Source: Reclinomonas americana ATCC 50394
Taxonomy: Eukaryota
Length of the DNA: 64,000 nt
Assembly: GCA_048213135.1 (NCBI GenBank)
Contig: PS015009.1
Location: forward strand, 496,001 to 560,000
Direction: 5' to 3'
The position numbers and the translations under genes were made by a program. The notes under the pieces were generated by a model that saw nothing but the letters and a program-made list of their open reading frames with translations, was not told the DNA's origin and did no database searches. Positions 60,518-64,000 of this stretch are shown here, one piece after another (position 1 is the stretch's first letter; every line of letters starts with the position of its first letter).

Positions 60518-61990
60518 TTATTGCTCTTTAAGAGCGGTCTCTGCAAACTTTACCAGTTGCCAGTAAGGCGGCCGGTATCCTTTTTCTTTCATGAAGGCAT
60601 CAGCCATTTGTAACGTCTTTTCTTTAGCCTTTACATGCATGGCTACAAAGGTTTGGTTGCGCAAGGCCGTGGTCGCGTTCATGCCTTCGGGGATAATACC
60701 CACTTTGCCAAACGCGTTCTTCAGTATACAATACCCTTTGACCACTCTTACCACCGGCAGTTTCCACAGGCTGTAACCGATGGTTGCACCACTGTTGGCT
60801 TTTTCGAGCATGGCATCCATTACGGCATTGTCCACATGGTCTTTGTACAGCGTTTCCGGGTTGCGCCATTCCGCCACTACCTCCAATTGAGGATCGTACT
60901 CCAGGTCAGATGGCATTTGCGTGGTGAAATGTTCCACACCAAAAGAATGCAGCCAGTTCACCACACCAGGCGAGGAAATGGTGGACGAGGATTGCCACAA
61001 CGCTATGTCCATGCGTTTGTAACCAAAGGACGCCACTTCCGAACAGAACAGGGCTGTGGAATCATAAAAATCCATTTTGAAATCGTAGGGGATATGTTTT
61101 TGCTGCGCTTTGCTAAACATATAGGCAGCGGCTTTGTGTGGCAGCATGGGATCCGCCTGCATGGCAGGGAGACCAGGCCTCAGCCGCAGTACCATAAACC
61201 GCAGTTTTTTATCTTCAATATATTCTTTGGCCGAAGCTATGGCCACACCTTTTTCTATATGCGCCTCTATCAACCAGGGTTTCTTGGTGGCGGAATCAAC
61301 ATAGAGTAACGCCACGTGTGAGAAGTTGCCCGGGTAATCATTTCCTCTTGATATCAGCGCCGACACTTCCGCACCGCCGCGTGACACCAGCATATCGCCG
61401 CTGTGCACTTCTATACCAAACAGGTTAGCCGCAGGTGTTGCAGAAGGCACGGAATCCACCGGCAGTACCGGTTGCATTTGTTGCGCCGGGTTTTGCAGCA
61501 GTACTTCTTCCGCCGCTGCCCGCATGCCATAGTTTACCATGTAGATACAGCGCTTCACACTGTCGTTGGTAATGTCCCAGTTTTGCCCATACTTTTTCAG
61601 CAGGCGCCGTACCCGGGTATAATAAGACAGGTACCAGTCCAACTGGTCATTTTTACGGGCCATGTAGGGAGCGAGTCCAAAGTAAGCGTCGGTTACTTCC
61701 ATCCACAAAGAATGTGTGGCGGGAACGGGTGCTGATTCCAGCTGGGTCAGTTTGCCATCGGCATAGACACGCATTAAGGCGATGCTGTTATCCAGGTCAG
61801 CGGGTGATAACTGGCCGGTTTCGCGGAAAGTATTTTCCAGTTGCAGCCACACGCTGTCCTGTTTCCAGGCGAATGGCGTAGCACCGGGCGATGTGGTCTT
61901 TTTTCCTTCACCACCCGGGATCATTAAAATAAAATACAACACTGCCAGTGCAGCGATGACGTAGAGGAGGCGTCGCCTTATTTTTTTCAT
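60518..61990 (-). CDS. Permuted papain-like NlpC/P60 amidase (YiiX/YebB-like)
   Basis: GDMLVSR..FSHVAL (His) precedes PYDF..FCSEV (Cys); N-terminal TM anchor. Confidence 0.8.
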   Translation of the reverse strand: MKKIRRRLLYVIAALAVLYFILMIPGGEGKKTTSPGATPFAWKQDSVWLQLENTFRETGQLSPADLDNSIALMRVYADGKLTQLESAPVPATHSLWMEVTDAYFGLAPYMARKNDQLDWYLSYYTRVRRLLKKYGQNWDITNDSVKRCIYMVNYGMRAAAEEVLLQNPAQQMQPVLPVDSVPSATPAANLFGIEVHSGDMLVSRGGAEVSALISRGNDYPGNFSHVALLYVDSATKKPWLIEAHIEKGVAIASAKEYIEDKKLRFMVLRLRPGLPAMQADPMLPHKAAAYMFSKAQQKHIPYDFKMDFYDSTALFCSEVASFGYKRMDIALWQSSSTISSPGVVNWLHSFGVEHFTTQMPSDLEYDPQLEVVAEWRNPETLYKDHVDNAVMDAMLEKANSGATIGYSLWKLPVVRVVKGYCILKNAFGKVGIIPEGMNATTALRNQTFVAMHVKAKEKTLQMADAFMKEKGYRPPYWQLVKFAETALKEQ

Positions 61991-62002
61991 AAGCGGAATA
62001 GA

Positions 62003-63184
62003 TTATTGCTGGTCGAGTACCTGCATCAGTACCTCGCAGGATTTGCGTATCTCTTCTTCGGTAATGGTGAGCGGTGGCGCTATCCGCAGGCAATGCGCCG
62101 CGAAAAGGAACCAGTCGGTGAACACGCCTTTTTCAATCAGTGCGTCGATCACTTTTTTATTGGTCTCAAAACTGTCGAATGCCACGGCGATCATCAGCCC
62201 CCTGCTGTTTACTGAACGGATAAGCGGGTGCTGCAACAGGCTGCGGAACAGTTTTTCTTTCGCCGTTACCTGGTTCACGAGATTGTCTTCGAGCAGTACC
62301 TCAAAAGCGGCAAGACCGGCCGCACAGCAAACGGGGTGCCCGCCAAAAGTACTGATATGTCCCAGCACCGGGTTGTGCGTGAACGAATCCATTATATTTT
62401 TTGCCGAGATGAAAGCGCCCAGTGGCATACCGCCGCCCAGCGCCTTACCCAGTAAAAGGATATCCGGCACTATACCCAACTGCTCAAAAGCCCACAGGCT
62501 TCCATTACGGCCGAAGCCGCATTGTATTTCATCCAGTACCAGTAAGGTACCCGTGCTGTCGCATTTTTCACGGAGCGCTTTCAGCCAGCCGGGGTTGGGC
62601 ACATTAACGCCGGCCTCGGCCTGTACCGTTTCCGCGATCACACAGGCGGTGCGGTGACTGATGGCATCCAGTTCGTCGAAATTGTTGTATTCCAGTTGCA
62701 GCACATCGGGCAGTAAGGGACGAAACGCCTGCTGCCAGTATTCGCTGCCCATGACGCTGAGCGCTCCCTGCGTGCTGCCGTGGTAAGAATTTTTGAAAGA
62801 GATGATCTGTGTACGTCCGGTGCAGCGCTTGGCCAGTTTCATAGCGCCTTCGGTGGCTTCTGTTCCCGAGGCAGTAAAGAACACCGAATTCAGCGTTTGC
62901 GGCAGGTGGCGGCAAAGCAATTCTGCATAACGCACCTGCGGGGTTTGCACCAGTTCGCCGTATACCATGATGTGCAGGTATTCGTCGGCCTGCTTTTTTA
63001 TGGCTTCCACCACTTTAGGATGGCGATGCCCCACATTACATACGCTGATACCGCCGATAAGGTCGATGTAAGACCGGCCATTGACATCGTAAAGCGTACT
63101 CCCTTCTGCCTTCACGATCTCCAGGCAAAGGGGCGCTTCGGAGGTTTGGCCCACATGGGTGAGAAATAGCTGGCGGTTGTTCAT
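62003..63184 (-). CDS. Class III aminotransferase (acetylornithine aminotransferase-like)
   Basis: SGTEA, SYHGST, DEIQCGFGR, GKALGGG and STFGG motifs. Confidence 0.92.
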   Translation of the reverse strand: MNNRQLFLTHVGQTSEAPLCLEIVKAEGSTLYDVNGRSYIDLIGGISVCNVGHRHPKVVEAIKKQADEYLHIMVYGELVQTPQVRYAELLCRHLPQTLNSVFFTASGTEATEGAMKLAKRCTGRTQIISFKNSYHGSTQGALSVMGSEYWQQAFRPLLPDVLQLEYNNFDELDAISHRTACVIAETVQAEAGVNVPNPGWLKALREKCDSTGTLLVLDEIQCGFGRNGSLWAFEQLGIVPDILLLGKALGGGMPLGAFISAKNIMDSFTHNPVLGHISTFGGHPVCCAAGLAAFEVLLEDNLVNQVTAKEKLFRSLLQHPLIRSVNSRGLMIAVAFDSFETNKKVIDALIEKGVFTDWFLFAAHCLRIAPPLTITEEEIRKSCEVLMQVLDQQ

Positions 63185-63248
63185 TGGTCAAAATTACGAA
63201 TTAGGAATTAGGAATGTGCGGATATGCGGATGTGTTCGATGTGCCTCT

Positions 63249-63399
63249 ATGTCCCGGCGGGACATGTTGTGGGTAGAACGGTAATACCGGGGTTGCCGCG
63301 TTCCGGAGGAACGCATGGTGGGTGGGGTTTTGCGTGAGGGATAGCAGCGGAAAGCCCGCATCCGCCTTTGGCGGAGAGGACTTGCAGCGGATAGCCCGA
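63249..63399. repeat. REP-like palindromic cluster
   Basis: Hairpins ATGTCCC-ggc-GGGACAT, GCGTTCC-gga-GGAACGC and TCCGCC-ttt-GGCGGA; direct repeat GCAGCGGAwAGCCCG. Confidence 0.65.
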
Positions 63400-63477
63400 C
63401 CCGCTACCGGCGGGGCACGCCCTATCAATCGTCATTTGTCAATGGTTTAAGAAGTACCTTTACGAAAAAGCGTATTT

Positions 63478-64000
63478 ATGCCAGTTATACTTCCTGTAAA
63501 AGGTGTGCTTCCGGTGTTTGGAAACAATTGTTTTATAGCTCCCAATGCCACTATTGTGGGCGATGTGATCATGGGCGACGACTGCAGCATCTGGTTCAAT
63601 GCTGTGCTGCGGGGCGACGTGAACAGCATACGCCTGGGTAACAAGGTAAATGTGCAGGACGGGGCGGTGATCCACTGCACTTACCAGAAAACAAAGGCTA
63701 TTATGGGAAATAATGTGAGCATTGGACACAATGCTATTGTGCATGGTTGCGTTATAGAAGATAACGTACTGGTTGGCATGGGCGCCATAGTAATGGACAA
63801 TGCCCGGATAGGCTCCAACAGCATCATTGCCGCCGGTGCCGTAGTTCTTGAAAATACAGTGGTGGAACCCGGCACGATCTACGCGGGCATACCAGCGAAG
63901 AAGGTAAAGGATATTTCGCAGGAGCTCATCAGCGGCGAAATTGACCGGATAGCGAATAACTACCTGATGTACAGCAGCTGGTTTAAGAAGGATGCAGGAG
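63478..64000 (+). CDS. Gamma carbonic anhydrase family (YrdA/PaaY-like) protein, runs off the window edge
   Basis: Own translation: MPVILPVKG..IWFNAVLRGDVN..NVQDGAVIH..IGHNAIVHGC; absent from the ORF track because no stop falls in the window. Confidence 0.92.
   Translation, partial: MPVILPVKGVLPVFGNNCFIAPNATIVGDVIMGDDCSIWFNAVLRGDVNSIRLGNKVNVQDGAVIHCTYQKTKAIMGNNVSIGHNAIVHGCVIEDNVLVGMGAIVMDNARIGSNSIIAAGAVVLENTVVEPGTIYAGIPAKKVKDISQELISGEIDRIANNYLMYSSWFKKDAG

Noticed and set aside
1-64000. CRISPR array, tRNA or rRNA genes
   Set aside because: No regularly spaced repeat-spacer series and no cloverleaf or rRNA-like sequence found by eye in the intergenic regions

Overview
Bacteroidota genomic DNA, probably Chitinophagaceae-like. 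Supporting signs are the gldF/gldG genes, a T9SS cargo protein, a MurF-Alr fusion and TAnnTTTG promoter boxes. From left to right: (1) 1-6486, the distal end of an unusual RiPP-like operon: CAAX/Abi protease, LanB-like dehydratase with an apparently degenerate elimination domain, hotdog thioesterase, RRE-like M50 peptidase and RRE-like arginase. No precursor or LanC is visible; the locus continues off the left edge. (2) Three surface lipoproteins behind lspA, two with Cys-paired ~110-aa repeats, then alr, terC, gldG/gldF, a T9SS lamin-tail protein, two small Pro-rich proteins, iscSUA and mce. (3) About 29.3-41.2 kb, an AT-richer polymorphic-toxin island: coiled-coil/beta-barrel protein, SpvB/TcB-like YD protein, Rhs with a JAB-like tip, immunity-like lipoprotein and an inactivated IS481-family element. 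(4) A 10-kb block between two 55-bp direct repeats, carrying a two-component system with candidate operators, an OmpA protein, four secreted proteins and a VOC/AraC pair. (5) Housekeeping and envelope genes, including a winged-helix gene cluster with a repeated ACTTTG-N5-CAAAGT site, a REP-like cluster and a partial gamma-carbonic-anhydrase-family gene. All family assignments come from motifs recognised by eye; no database searches were run.
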